Origin: Candidatus Latescibacterota bacterium
GTDB lineage: Bacteria; Latescibacterota; UBA2968; GCA-2709665
Assembly (NCBI GenBank): GCA_965205485.1
Contig: OZ242180.1
Coordinates: 2,144,001 to 2,208,000, forward strand
Length of the DNA: 64,000 nucleotides
Direction: 5' to 3'
Below, in pieces: positions 36,914 through 46,085 of this stretch. Numbering within the stretch: position 1 is the stretch's first letter; every line of letters starts with the position of its first letter. The translations under genes and the position numbers were made by a program. The notes beneath the pieces were generated by a model. That model was not told where the DNA came from, made no database searches, and saw only the letters and a program-made list of their open reading frames with translations.

Positions 36914-38088
36914 CAGAACCTGCGATTTCCCGTCCGGGACATTCTGACCACACCGGTCCGATGGGGAAGCGCTCCAGGGTCGGCCGATCCGCGCCTCCCG
37001 ATGTTGATCAGAATACCAACGGCAAGCAGTGTGAACAGAAGCGACGTTCCACCGTAGCTGATAAACGGCAGGGGAAGCCCGGTGGCCGGTATCAATCCCG
37101 TGCAGACCCCCATGTTTACAAACGCGTAGACCAGAATCATGAACGTAATGCCGGACGCCAGGAAGAATCCGTGCAGGTCCGGCGCGCGACGGGCGATCTG
37201 AAAGCCACATCGCCCGAAAACAATGAAACCGAGCACCACGCCGGCTGTGCCGACCAATCCCAACTCCTCGCCAACGATGCTGAACACGAAGTCGGTATGC
37301 GGTTCCGGCAGAAAGAAATATTTCTGAAGGCTCTGACCCAGACCCACCCCGGACCATCCTCCGCTGCCCAGGGCCAGAAGTGACTGCATCACATGATATC
37401 CCGCGCCCTGGACGTCGTCCGTGGGACTGAAGAACGCCATCATCCGTTCTCTTCGATATCCAAGGACGAATACAACGACAAATAATACGGGCAGAAGGAC
37501 CAACCCCGTACCGGCCAGGTGCTTGACTCGTACGCCGGCCAGATACAGCATCAGCGTGCAGGTCAATCCGATCGCCAGCGCCGTTCCGAGATCTGGTTGT
37601 AACATCACCATTCCCATCGCCACGCCGATTATGGCAATATGCGGGAGGTAACCCTGAACCAGGTCCTTTACCAGTCCCTGGCGCCTGCTCAGGGATTCCG
37701 CGAGATAGACCACGAGCGCGAGCCGCATCAGATCCGACGGCTGAAAGGCGCCGCCCGGCAAAGGTATCCATCTATATGCGCCGCGCACTTTGCCGAAGCC
37801 GGCGATTTTGAAAACCAGGACAACCGCCAATCCCAGAAATCCGATGGCCAGAAAGATCCGGGCGAAACGTGCCCAGAAGCGGTAGTCAACCCGCATAATC
37901 AAAAGCATCGCAACGAGTCCGATCACCGTACGCAACGCCGACCGCTTCAGGAAGAAGTGGTCGCTCTCGAAACGCACCTGACCCAATGCCGTGCTGGCGC
38001 TATATACCATTACCAGGCCGAAACCCACCAGCCCGACGACCAGCAACATCAGCAAATAGTGCTGCCGTTCTGCACCTGAGGTCGACAT
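36913..38088 (-). CDS. ftsW: SEDS peptidoglycan glycosyltransferase FtsW
   Basis: MVYSAS, GAYRWI, FQPS, QPDLGT, LPEPHTDFVFS..GEELG, LPFISYGGTS. Confidence 0.96.
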   Translation of the reverse strand: MSTSGAERQHYLLMLLVVGLVGFGLVMVYSASTALGQVRFESDHFFLKRSALRTVIGLVAMLLIMRVDYRFWARFARIFLAIGFLGLAVVLVFKIAGFGKVRGAYRWIPLPGGAFQPSDLMRLALVVYLAESLSRRQGLVKDLVQGYLPHIAIIGVAMGMVMLQPDLGTALAIGLTCTLMLYLAGVRVKHLAGTGLVLLPVLFVVVFVLGYRRERMMAFFSPTDDVQGAGYHVMQSLLALGSGGWSGVGLGQSLQKYFFLPEPHTDFVFSIVGEELGLVGTAGVVLGFIVFGRCGFQIARRAPDLHGFFLASGITFMILVYAFVNMGVCTGLIPATGLPLPFISYGGTSLLFTLLAVGILINIGRRGSADPGALPHRTGVVRMSRTGNRRF

Positions 38089-38267
38089 ATGACCTTACAT
38101 TCTATTGGAAATGAATCCCGAAACGAGTTACCGGGAACGGGTGACAGAAACCGTGACTTTGTGTTGCGAACGGAATGACGATCACCGATGCCGGAGTCGA
38201 TGCCTTGCCGGCCTGCTCATTCTGCTTGGGTTGTTCTTGTCGAAAAGACTTGTCGAAGTGTCCTGGT

Positions 38268-39677
38268 TCATGGATTCATTTCAAATCCCAGTGATTCCGC
38301 GGCTTTTTCCATCGCAACGCCGCGAGAGGCCTTCATCAGTACAAGGTCGCCCGGTTTGAGAAATGTATTGAGATTCCTGACCATGGACTCGCGGTCGACG
38401 AATGCCCGCGACCGGTCGGAGGGCAGACCTCCGGAAACACCCCCTCGCGCCACATGACCGGACATGTCACCGAGCGCAAAAACGGCGTCCATCCCCATTC
38501 TGGCAGCAAGTTTTCCAAGGCGCCGGTGGCTCCGAACTGCCGACGGTCCCAGTTCCAGCATATCGCCCAGCACGGCCACGCGGCGACCGCCTTCCTCGAT
38601 GGACATCCTCGACAACGTTTCCAGGGCCGCCCGCATCGAGGCCGGATTGGCATTGTACGAATCGTTCAACAGACGGATTCCGTTCCGTTCGACGACCTGG
38701 CCGCGCAATTTCGAAGGCCGAAACGCGCCAATCGCTTCAGCGGCCCGCCCAATCGGCACATCCAGCGCCGCGCCCACCGCCGCTGCGGCAAGTGCGTTGT
38801 ACACCTGATGCCGGCCGGGTACGGCCAGATGAAAAAAACGGCCCTGCAGAGAGAAATGACCGCAGCCCTCCTGGTCTATGACAAGTCCCTCCCCACGAAA
38901 CTGACATATCTTCTCGATACCAAAGCCCAGGAGTCTCCCCTTTAGTCTTGCTCGCTCCTTGGACACGTACAGGTCATCGAGATTCAAGATAGCCATTGAA
39001 GACTCTTCAAGATGATCCAGGAGTTCCCCTTTGGCTTTGGCCACCCCCTCTACAGAGCCTAAAAACTCCAGATGTGCAGGTCCGATATTGGTAATGACGC
39101 CGATCGTGGGATCGGCAATCTCACACAGGTATTTCAAACCGCCGTGTTCGCTGATGCCCATTTCGATCACCGCGGCTTCGTGGGTGTTTGAAAGCCGCAG
39201 CAGGGTCAGCGGAACCCCGAGCCAGTTATTCAGATTGCCTTCCGTAGCCAGTAACCGGTACCGTGTGCTCAGCACGGCGGCAGTCATGTCCTTGGTTGTC
39301 GTCTTTCCACTGCTTCCCGTTATGCCCACCACCGGGATCCGGAAACGCCGGCGGTATGTTCTTCCGAGAGCACCCAGCGCCAGGCCCGGCGTCTCAACGA
39401 CGATCAGCGCTCCGGACACGCATTGGCGATTTCGGTTTTCGGACCAGCGCCTTGAAACGACAGCCGCCGATGCCCCTTTCTTGAGGGCATCGCCCACGAA
39501 AAGATGTCCATCCCGACTTTCGCCGTCGCGCTCTCCCTCGAGTGCGAAGAACAACTCCCCTGCAATCAACACCCGCGAATCGATGCATCCTCCAACAGGA
39601 CAGATCGCCGGATTGACGGCGCCAACGAGCTCTCCGTCCATTGCATCCGCGGCTTCAGCGAGTGTCATCCCTTCCAT
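38268..39677 (-). CDS. murF: UDP-MurNAc-tripeptide--D-Ala-D-Ala ligase
   Basis: DSR, ITGSSGKTTTK, NLNN..GVP, AHLE, DSYNANP.S, GDMLELG, KASRG. Confidence 0.96.
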   Translation of the reverse strand: MEGMTLAEAADAMDGELVGAVNPAICPVGGCIDSRVLIAGELFFALEGERDGESRDGHLFVGDALKKGASAAVVSRRWSENRNRQCVSGALIVVETPGLALGALGRTYRRRFRIPVVGITGSSGKTTTKDMTAAVLSTRYRLLATEGNLNNWLGVPLTLLRLSNTHEAAVIEMGISEHGGLKYLCEIADPTIGVITNIGPAHLEFLGSVEGVAKAKGELLDHLEESSMAILNLDDLYVSKERARLKGRLLGFGIEKICQFRGEGLVIDQEGCGHFSLQGRFFHLAVPGRHQVYNALAAAAVGAALDVPIGRAAEAIGAFRPSKLRGQVVERNGIRLLNDSYNANPASMRAALETLSRMSIEEGGRRVAVLGDMLELGPSAVRSHRRLGKLAARMGMDAVFALGDMSGHVARGGVSGGLPSDRSRAFVDRESMVRNLNTFLKPGDLVLMKASRGVAMEKAAESLGFEMNP

Positions 39678-39696
39678 ATTCGTCGTTCCGAGTTAA

Positions 39697-39858
39697 GAAG
39701 CTGTTTTAAAATTCCCAGCGGTCTTCGCACGGCTGCAAAAGCGCCGGTCGGCGTTGGTCAAGTCCACCCGTATAGACAAATATGGGCGGATTTTCCCGCC
39801 TTGACCGCCGCTTTTTCGCTCGCGCTCGGGAACTCACCGGTAATTTTAAAACCGCTTC
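39697..39858. mobile_element. MITE-B complete copy (162 bp) between murE and murF
   Basis: 17-bp terminal inverted repeats GAAGCTGTTTTAAAATT / AATTTTAAAACCGCTTC (1 mismatch); TAA on both sides (39694-39696, 39859-39861); internally palindromic. Confidence 0.88.
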
Positions 39859-39902
39859 TAAGGCCTCCGGACGTCTCGAACCGATTAACGCCTGGAAGCC
39901 GC

Positions 39903-41348
39903 CTATGACCGGCCGCTCAGGACGTCCCTTGCGACCTGCCGATCATCAAAGTGGATCTTTTTTCCACCGATATCCTGGTAATCTTCATGTCCCTTACCCG
40001 CAATGACGACGAGGTCGCCGCACGAAGCATTGTCGATGGCCAGTGAGATCGCCTTCCGCCGGTCGACTTCAACGAGGTGGTCCGCGCCGCCGACACCCGT
40101 AACGATGTCCCTGAGAATCGAGTCCGGGTCTTCGGTCCTGGGATTGTCGGACGTCACAACGGTCAGATCGGACATCCGCGCGGAAATCCGCCCCATCTGC
40201 GGCCGCTTTCCGCGGTCTCGGTCGCCACCGCATCCAAACACGCAGATCAATCGACCTTCCGTAAACTCGCGGGCCGCCCGCAGGACGTTTCCAAGAGCGT
40301 CGGGAGTATGCGCATAGTCCACAATCACACTGAAATCCTGTCCTGCATGAATGCTCTCGAAACGACCGGGCACCTGTACGTCCCTGATGGCAACCGCAAT
40401 CGTCTCCGCGTCTACATCCATTGCCAGCCCTGCGGCAACTGCGCCGACGGCGTTCATCTGATGGAACCGCCCCCGCAGCGCAAGGGCGAGGTGCAGGGGT
40501 CCCCAGCGCGTTTCAATATCCATGCGGGTCCTGCAACCGTCCGTTCCCGCGTTTACGATTCGTACATCGGCGTTCTGAGATCGACCGTAGGACACGACCC
40601 TGGCGACGCAGTTGCTCAACAGGCGGCCGGTCGCCTCGTCGTCCGCGTTGACCACCGCAAGCGCATCCGGATTCAGGTTGTCAAAGAGCAGCTTCTTGGC
40701 GGCCAGGTAGGATTCCAGCGAACCATGAAAGTCCAGATGGTCCCGGGAAAAATTCGTAAAAACCGCCGCATCGAACGCGATGCCCTGTACCCTGTCCAGC
40801 GCCAGCCCGTGCGACGTAACTTCCATGACCGCCGCGGTGCAGCCGCTGTCCGCCATCTCCTTCAATAGCCGCTGCAGGTCGTGTGCTTCAGGCGTTCCGA
40901 TGACCGAAGGCATCCGGCGGCCGCCCAGCCTGTATTCAACCGTACCGAGCAAACCGCAGTCTCCAACGGCTTCCCCAAGCGCCGCCTGGATCAGCATTGC
41001 CGTCGTGGTTTTCCCGTTCGTCCCGGTTACACCGACCATCCGCAGGTTTCGCGACGGCGACCCGTAGAAGAGTTCTGCGAATAAGCCCAGCGCCTTCCGG
41101 GTTGACGGTACCATGGCAGCGGCAACGTCTGCCCGGACCTGTTCTTCAACCACCAACGCCACGGCTCCCGCTGCGATCGCCTTCGGCACGAAGCGATGCC
41201 GGTCCTCAAGCTGTCCGCCCCTGATGGCGACGAACAGGTCGCCTGGTCGAACCTTGCGCGAATCGGTGGCCAGACCTGTAACCCGGGGATTGCCCCTGTG
41301 TAGCCACTTCGCTTCCGGAATCCGGCTAATGAAGTCGACCAGCCGCAT
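39903..41348 (-). CDS. murE: UDP-MurNAc-dipeptide--meso-DAP ligase
   Basis: DSRKV, VTGTNGKTT, MEVTSH, DHLDFH, VDYAHTPD, GCGGDRD, DNPR (mDAP-type), AGKGHE. Confidence 0.96.
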   Translation of the reverse strand: MRLVDFISRIPEAKWLHRGNPRVTGLATDSRKVRPGDLFVAIRGGQLEDRHRFVPKAIAAGAVALVVEEQVRADVAAAMVPSTRKALGLFAELFYGSPSRNLRMVGVTGTNGKTTTAMLIQAALGEAVGDCGLLGTVEYRLGGRRMPSVIGTPEAHDLQRLLKEMADSGCTAAVMEVTSHGLALDRVQGIAFDAAVFTNFSRDHLDFHGSLESYLAAKKLLFDNLNPDALAVVNADDEATGRLLSNCVARVVSYGRSQNADVRIVNAGTDGCRTRMDIETRWGPLHLALALRGRFHQMNAVGAVAAGLAMDVDAETIAVAIRDVQVPGRFESIHAGQDFSVIVDYAHTPDALGNVLRAAREFTEGRLICVFGCGGDRDRGKRPQMGRISARMSDLTVVTSDNPRTEDPDSILRDIVTGVGGADHLVEVDRRKAISLAIDNASCGDLVVIAGKGHEDYQDIGGKKIHFDDRQVARDVLSGRS

Positions 41349-41361
41349 AACATGGCTTTTG

Positions 41362-43458
41362 TCACATGTCCTTTGGGACCGGGGTGTATTGGGGGCTGCA
41401 CACGAGGTTGCAGGTCGTGCCGGGGGCAACCCGCGTTCCGGCGCCGGGGTTCTGGGATACGACTCGCCCGCTGCCCGAGGCGCTCACCACGAATCCTGAC
41501 GACGTCAACTGGACCACAGCCTGGCGTAACGGAACACCCAGCACATCGGGCGTTGCGATGTAGTCGCCGGTCTTCCCTGAGTCCGCCGCAACCGCCCCGT
41601 GCCGCGATTCACCGCTCCCGCTCGACGGGGGTTGAGCACCGACCGGCAACCGCGCGGGTTCGCCCGGCGGGACCGTTCTGATACCGTGTCGATCCATGAC
41701 CCGCCTCGCTACGATCCGGGACAATCCTGCCAATACCGGCGTGGAAGGTTTATCGGCTTCGTTCCCGCGGGCTTCAGCGACTGCCCGGTGCCGCATTTCC
41801 GTGTCGCGCATACTCAGGATGCGTTTCATGATGCGGCTGAAGACCGGCGCCGCCACCTTGCTCCCCCAGCGAATACCCTTCGGGCCGTCTACGATCACCA
41901 TACATACGAATTCGGCGCGCTCTACCGGTAAGAATCCGATGAAGGAAGAAACGTACCGGTTTGGATCATAGCCCCTTCCCCCTTCCCTTGCCCGCTGTGC
42001 AGTGCCCGTCTTTCCGGCCACGCGGTAACCCGGTACCCGCGCGTTTGCGCCCGTGCCACGCTCGACGACTCCTTCGAGGATTTCGGCTACGATTCCCGCC
42101 GTTTTCTCGGAGACGACCTCGCGCAGGATACGGGGCCGTTCGGACACCCAGGAACCGTCCGGTGAACGGCGGCGATAGAAGCGTGGGGCCATCAGGCGAC
42201 CGCCGTTGGCGATTGCGCCGTAGGCCATCGCCATCTGCAATGCCGTTACGCCTATTTCCTGTCCGATGGACATCGATGGCAGCGTTCTTCCGGACCATCG
42301 TGTCGGCTTCTTCACGTTCCCCGGGACTTCACCTGGCAGTTCAACGCCTGTCTTGATTCCGAATCCGAAAAGGCGGACATATTCATACAGCCCCGCCCGC
42401 TTCAGCTTTCGAGCAATTTTCGCGGTGCCGATATTGCTGGATTCTTCGACAACCTGCTGGACCGTGAGCCATCCGCAAGGATGTGTGTCTCGAATCACGC
42501 CACCGGGAACCTGCATCCGGCCGAACTCGCAAAAGATCCGATCTTCCCGTCGCCAGAGGCCTTCCTGCAGTCCTCCCGCCACAGCGACCACCTTGAACGT
42601 GGATCCCGGCTCGAAGATATCGGTCACCGCCCGATTGCGACGGACGGCGGCATCGTATTTGCCGAAGTGATTGGGATCGTAAAGCGGCACATTGGCCATC
42701 GCCAGGATTTCGCCCGACCGGGGCGAGGTGACGATTGCAATACCGTTAACCGCCTGGAACTGTGACACGGCGGCAGCCAACTCCTCTTCCACGATCGACT
42801 GGTAATCGACATCCAGAGTCAACATCACATCCAGGCCATCCTCGGGCATTCTGCGCACAACGCCCAGCGCCCCCAGCGCTTCGCCGCGCGCGTCCCGCCT
42901 GGACGTCATGTCTCCCGGTTCGCCCTCCAACAGCGAATTGCGGGCAAGTTCCACGCCCTCGATACCCAGATTGTCGATGTCGGTGTACCCCAGAACCTGT
43001 CCGGCAAGCTCTCCCATTGGATAGCTTCGCCTCATCTCTACAATGCGACCCACCCCCTTCGGCAACGGATCCTGTTGCGGGTCGCTGAACACCTTTCGAG
43101 CCAGCCAGACAAATCGCTTATTTTGAAGCCGCCGCAACAGCGCAGCATTTTCCTTGCCGTCGTTACCGGAAAACCGCACGGCGATGGAACGGAGGCTGTC
43201 CAACTCGGCAACCTTGTTGACAAAGAACGATTGGGCTTCAAGGTTCGTTGCGAGTACCCGGCCCTTGCGGTCCAGAATGCGACCGCGGTTCGCCTGCAAT
43301 ACTGTCCGCGTTTCGTGCTGCTTCTTCGCACGGGCGCTGTAAACGTCACCTGTCCAGACCTGAAGCGCGGCCAGTCTGCAGGTCAGGACCAGAACGAAGA
43401 TACCGCCGAGCAGGCAGATGGCTTTCTGCCGGCGAATGTGGCGCACTTCAATCCGCAT
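41362..43458 (-). CDS. ftsI: Class B PBP FtsI with C-terminal PASTA domain
   Basis: RGRILDR, R.YP.G, EPGSTFK, SSN, KTGTAQ, PASTA-like tail. Confidence 0.95.
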   Translation of the reverse strand: MRIEVRHIRRQKAICLLGGIFVLVLTCRLAALQVWTGDVYSARAKKQHETRTVLQANRGRILDRKGRVLATNLEAQSFFVNKVAELDSLRSIAVRFSGNDGKENAALLRRLQNKRFVWLARKVFSDPQQDPLPKGVGRIVEMRRSYPMGELAGQVLGYTDIDNLGIEGVELARNSLLEGEPGDMTSRRDARGEALGALGVVRRMPEDGLDVMLTLDVDYQSIVEEELAAAVSQFQAVNGIAIVTSPRSGEILAMANVPLYDPNHFGKYDAAVRRNRAVTDIFEPGSTFKVVAVAGGLQEGLWRREDRIFCEFGRMQVPGGVIRDTHPCGWLTVQQVVEESSNIGTAKIARKLKRAGLYEYVRLFGFGIKTGVELPGEVPGNVKKPTRWSGRTLPSMSIGQEIGVTALQMAMAYGAIANGGRLMAPRFYRRRSPDGSWVSERPRILREVVSEKTAGIVAEILEGVVERGTGANARVPGYRVAGKTGTAQRAREGGRGYDPNRYVSSFIGFLPVERAEFVCMVIVDGPKGIRWGSKVAAPVFSRIMKRILSMRDTEMRHRAVAEARGNEADKPSTPVLAGLSRIVARRVMDRHGIRTVPPGEPARLPVGAQPPSSGSGESRHGAVAADSGKTGDYIATPDVLGVPLRQAVVQLTSSGFVVSASGSGRVVSQNPGAGTRVAPGTTCNLVCSPQYTPVPKDM

Positions 43459-43461
43459 GGT

Positions 43462-43794
43462 TCAGTTTCTGTGACCGGAAGGTGCGCGGCGGCCAGGACG
43501 CCGATCCAGGTAGAGGTTTTGCGGCGGCCCCTGCGGAAACACCATCCCAAGTCTATTTGTGGCGATCTCCCGGATTCTACTGCTTCTCAGGAGTCCCGAA
43601 ATCTCGGCCCGAAGACGTTCCTGCCGTCGGAGAAGCTGCTGGTGCTCGGATCGAAGCCGCGATATCTCGTCACCCTGCCGTACGGTCTGCGCCTGTGCCC
43701 AGAGATAACCCAGAAGACCCAGCACCACCATCGCCATGGCAAGAAGTACGTACCGGTAGCCACCCGATGTTTTCATTTCGGAACCGGTATTCAC
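43462..43794 (-). CDS. ftsL: Cell division protein FtsL
   Basis: TM followed by coiled coil and RIREIA..RLGM; lies between rsmH and ftsI. Confidence 0.85.
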   Translation of the reverse strand: MNTGSEMKTSGGYRYVLLAMAMVVLGLLGYLWAQAQTVRQGDEISRLRSEHQQLLRRQERLRAEISGLLRSSRIREIATNRLGMVFPQGPPQNLYLDRRPGRRAPSGHRN

Positions 43795-44738
43795 GCGCGT
43801 TCCTCAATTCTCTCCACGACCCGCAATGTCGCACTTCTGGACCGCGGATTTCGCTCGCGCTCTGCCGTCTCCGGGCGTATACCACCGGGAGTCAGCACAC
43901 GTACCTGCGGAACCCGACCGCATCCGCAAACAGGCAGGTCCGGAGGGCAGACACAACCCTGAGAAGCCGTCCGAAACACCTTCTTTACCGTTCGATCTTC
44001 AAGGGAGTGATAGGACAGAACGCCGATTCGTCCGCCCGTCGTCAACTTCCCGATCGTATACTCGAACGTCTCCTGAAGCTGGTCAAGTTCGCCGTTTACC
44101 TCAATCCGGATCGCCTGGAAGATTCTGGCCAGTGTCTTCGTGGTCTGAGACCACGGCGTTATTTCCGAAATCAGCACAGCCAGTTGGAATGTGTCTTTCA
44201 TCGGTTCCCGGACCCGCCGGCGGCAAATGGCCCGGGCGATACGTCCGGCGGCGCGCTCTTCTCCGAATTCCCTGAAAACCGACGTCAGCTTCTCCAGTGA
44301 GTATGTATTCACGACCTCCTTCGCCGACCGGAGGGCGTCGGGTCCCATACGCATATCCAGGGGCCCGTTTCGGAGATAGCTGAATCCGCGTGAGGCCTTA
44401 TCGATCTGATGTGAAGAAACGCCGAGGTCGAAGAGCGCCCCCGAAATCCGTTTCACATTCAATTTTTCCAGGATTTCCGGCAGTTCCCGGAAAGACGACT
44501 CGACGATTTCGAATCGATGAGAGAAACTGCGCAGCCGGATGGCGGCGGCCTGAACCGCATCCGGATCCCGATCGATTCCAATCAGTCGTCCGCGCCGGCC
44601 CATCTGACGCAGCATTTGTTCGGCGTGGCCCCCGCCACCCACCGTGCCGTCGATGTACACACCGTTCGGGTCGTTTACCACTCGAAGGGCCGTTTCCCGC
44701 CCCATAACCGGTGTATGAAATTCCGCAGCCCCGCACAT
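43791..44738 (-). CDS. rsmH: 16S rRNA m4C1402 methyltransferase
   Basis: HTPVM, DGTVGGGGH, DLGVSS, GPLDMRM, FQAIRIEVN, YHSLEDR, NPRSRSA. Confidence 0.97.
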   Translation of the reverse strand: MCGAAEFHTPVMGRETALRVVNDPNGVYIDGTVGGGGHAEQMLRQMGRRGRLIGIDRDPDAVQAAAIRLRSFSHRFEIVESSFRELPEILEKLNVKRISGALFDLGVSSHQIDKASRGFSYLRNGPLDMRMGPDALRSAKEVVNTYSLEKLTSVFREFGEERAAGRIARAICRRRVREPMKDTFQLAVLISEITPWSQTTKTLARIFQAIRIEVNGELDQLQETFEYTIGKLTTGGRIGVLSYHSLEDRTVKKVFRTASQGCVCPPDLPVCGCGRVPQVRVLTPGGIRPETAERERNPRSRSATLRVVERIEERA

Positions 44739-44748
44739 TGAAAGAACA

Positions 44749-45204
44749 CTAGAGAATGTCGAGGTCTTCAGCGAAGGCTTCCAGATTATCGCCGACGTCA
44801 CTCATATCCGCTGTATATCGCTCCGGATTCCAGATTTCTATCCTGTTGCCCACGCCACTGAGCGTTGCGCGATCCGTAATCTTAGATGTATCGAGCAGCT
44901 TTCGGGGAACCAGCAGACGCCCCTGCCTGTCGATCCTCGTCTCAGCAGCGCCCCCCATTACCCAGCGGGCGATTTGCCGTTTTATCCTTCCCTTATGGCT
45001 CCCCTCTCTTATCTGCTGCAAAACCTGCTGCCAGCCTGTCGGATCGAACCCGGCCAGGCACCCGTCGAACCACCTGGCAATGACGAGTGAAGTGACATGA
45101 GTAGGCAATACCCGGCGAATGGCGGCAGGGACAATCAGCCGACCCTTGTTATCGACGGGAATATCCTCATATTCTCCGATGAACAATGGCGTTTCGTCCG
45201 GCAT
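44749..45204 (-). CDS. mraZ: Division/cell wall cluster repressor MraZ
   Basis: F.GEY, VDNKGRL and IDRQGRL duplicated motifs, GVGNRIEIW. Confidence 0.93.
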   Translation of the reverse strand: MPDETPLFIGEYEDIPVDNKGRLIVPAAIRRVLPTHVTSLVIARWFDGCLAGFDPTGWQQVLQQIREGSHKGRIKRQIARWVMGGAAETRIDRQGRLLVPRKLLDTSKITDRATLSGVGNRIEIWNPERYTADMSDVGDNLEAFAEDLDIL

Positions 45205-45370
45205 GGGTGTCGCTCGGAGGTTACACAACTGCTACAGCCGCGTGGTCCACGATTGACAACAACGGAGTTTCGAAGGCGTTCCCGCGGGAAACCGGATCGG
45301 GAGAAAAGCCCCGACTGACTTGCCGGGGCTTATCCTGCTCGAGCGATATCTTCGGAAACTTCCGTATCCT

Positions 45371-45404
45371 CCCCAATACACCACTTTCCACCACTTTCCA
45401 CCAC
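45371..45404 (-). promoter_or_regulatory. MraZ-binding repeats (GTGG-N6 array)
   Basis: Minus strand GTGG-TGGAAA-GTGG-TGGAAA-GTGG-TGTATT-GGGG with exact 10-bp period, upstream of mraZ. Confidence 0.8.
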
Positions 45405-45406
45405 CA

Positions 45407-45435
45407 AAATTAGGGCCAGGACATACAAAAGTCAA
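45407..45435 (-). promoter_or_regulatory. dcw operon promoter
   Basis: TTGACT, 17 bp, TAATTT immediately upstream of the GTGG repeats. Confidence 0.6.
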
Positions 45436-45664
45436 GGGATTTCTAGACGATTTTTCGCCTTATCTTCAAAAAAAACAACCCCGTGACCATGTGTGCACAT
45501 AGCTGGCGGAACCAGGCATCCAGGGTAAATGTGGTGGGTGCAAAGCGGAAGGTGCGAATTTGATACCAGATGTTGTGTCAAGGCGCACGCGCTTCCCGGC
45601 CGCTGTCCGCATCGCGGGCTGTTGCGCCTTGACCTTTCGATCCTGTCCGGATATCTTTCTCGAA

Positions 45665-46027
45665 ATGAAACGGACCATACTCACAATCCTGTTCCTCGGA
45701 ATTCTGGCCTGCACGGCACGGAACGGATCCGCGCCTGACGAACGCCAACTGGCACGCGTCGTACTCGATGTCATCCACCTGCACCAACGGTTTGCGGAAG
45801 ATCCCGACAGTCTCGCGATCAAGAGAAAAGCCGTTCTTGCGGAAATCGGGTTCACCGAGCAAGACTTCGAACGCCTGACCGCAACCTGGAAGACGAACCC
45901 CGAAGCCACGGAAGCGCTGGCCGGCAGTATTATGGAAACACTTGAAGCCGACAGCGTTTTCGTTCAATGGAAGAAGACCGCGAAGGGAAGAGCCACCGGC
46001 GGGCGCCGGGCGAAGAAAAAAAAATGA
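45665..46027 (+). CDS. Small helical lipoprotein, hypothetical
   Basis: MKRTILTILFLGILAC lipoprotein signal; followed by a strong terminator. Confidence 0.7.
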   Translation: MKRTILTILFLGILACTARNGSAPDERQLARVVLDVIHLHQRFAEDPDSLAIKRKAVLAEIGFTEQDFERLTATWKTNPEATEALAGSIMETLEADSVFVQWKKTAKGRATGGRRAKKKK

Positions 46028-46056
46028 AGGCGGGTTTTCAAACCCGCCTTCATTTT
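46021..46056. terminator. Bidirectional intrinsic terminator
   Basis: aaaatgaaggcgggttt-tc-aaacccgccttcatttt, a perfect inverted repeat between convergent genes. Confidence 0.8.
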
Positions 46057-46085
46057 ATCTCATTTGTGCAACTACACGGTCCAGC

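Noticed and set aside
25141..37771. Apparent fusions or long extensions (456-aa PheA, 255-aa MoaB, 654-aa MurG)
   Set aside because: The extensions are open frames running through neighbouring genes or intergenic DNA in GC-rich sequence. Homology starts at 26010, 27618 and 36913.
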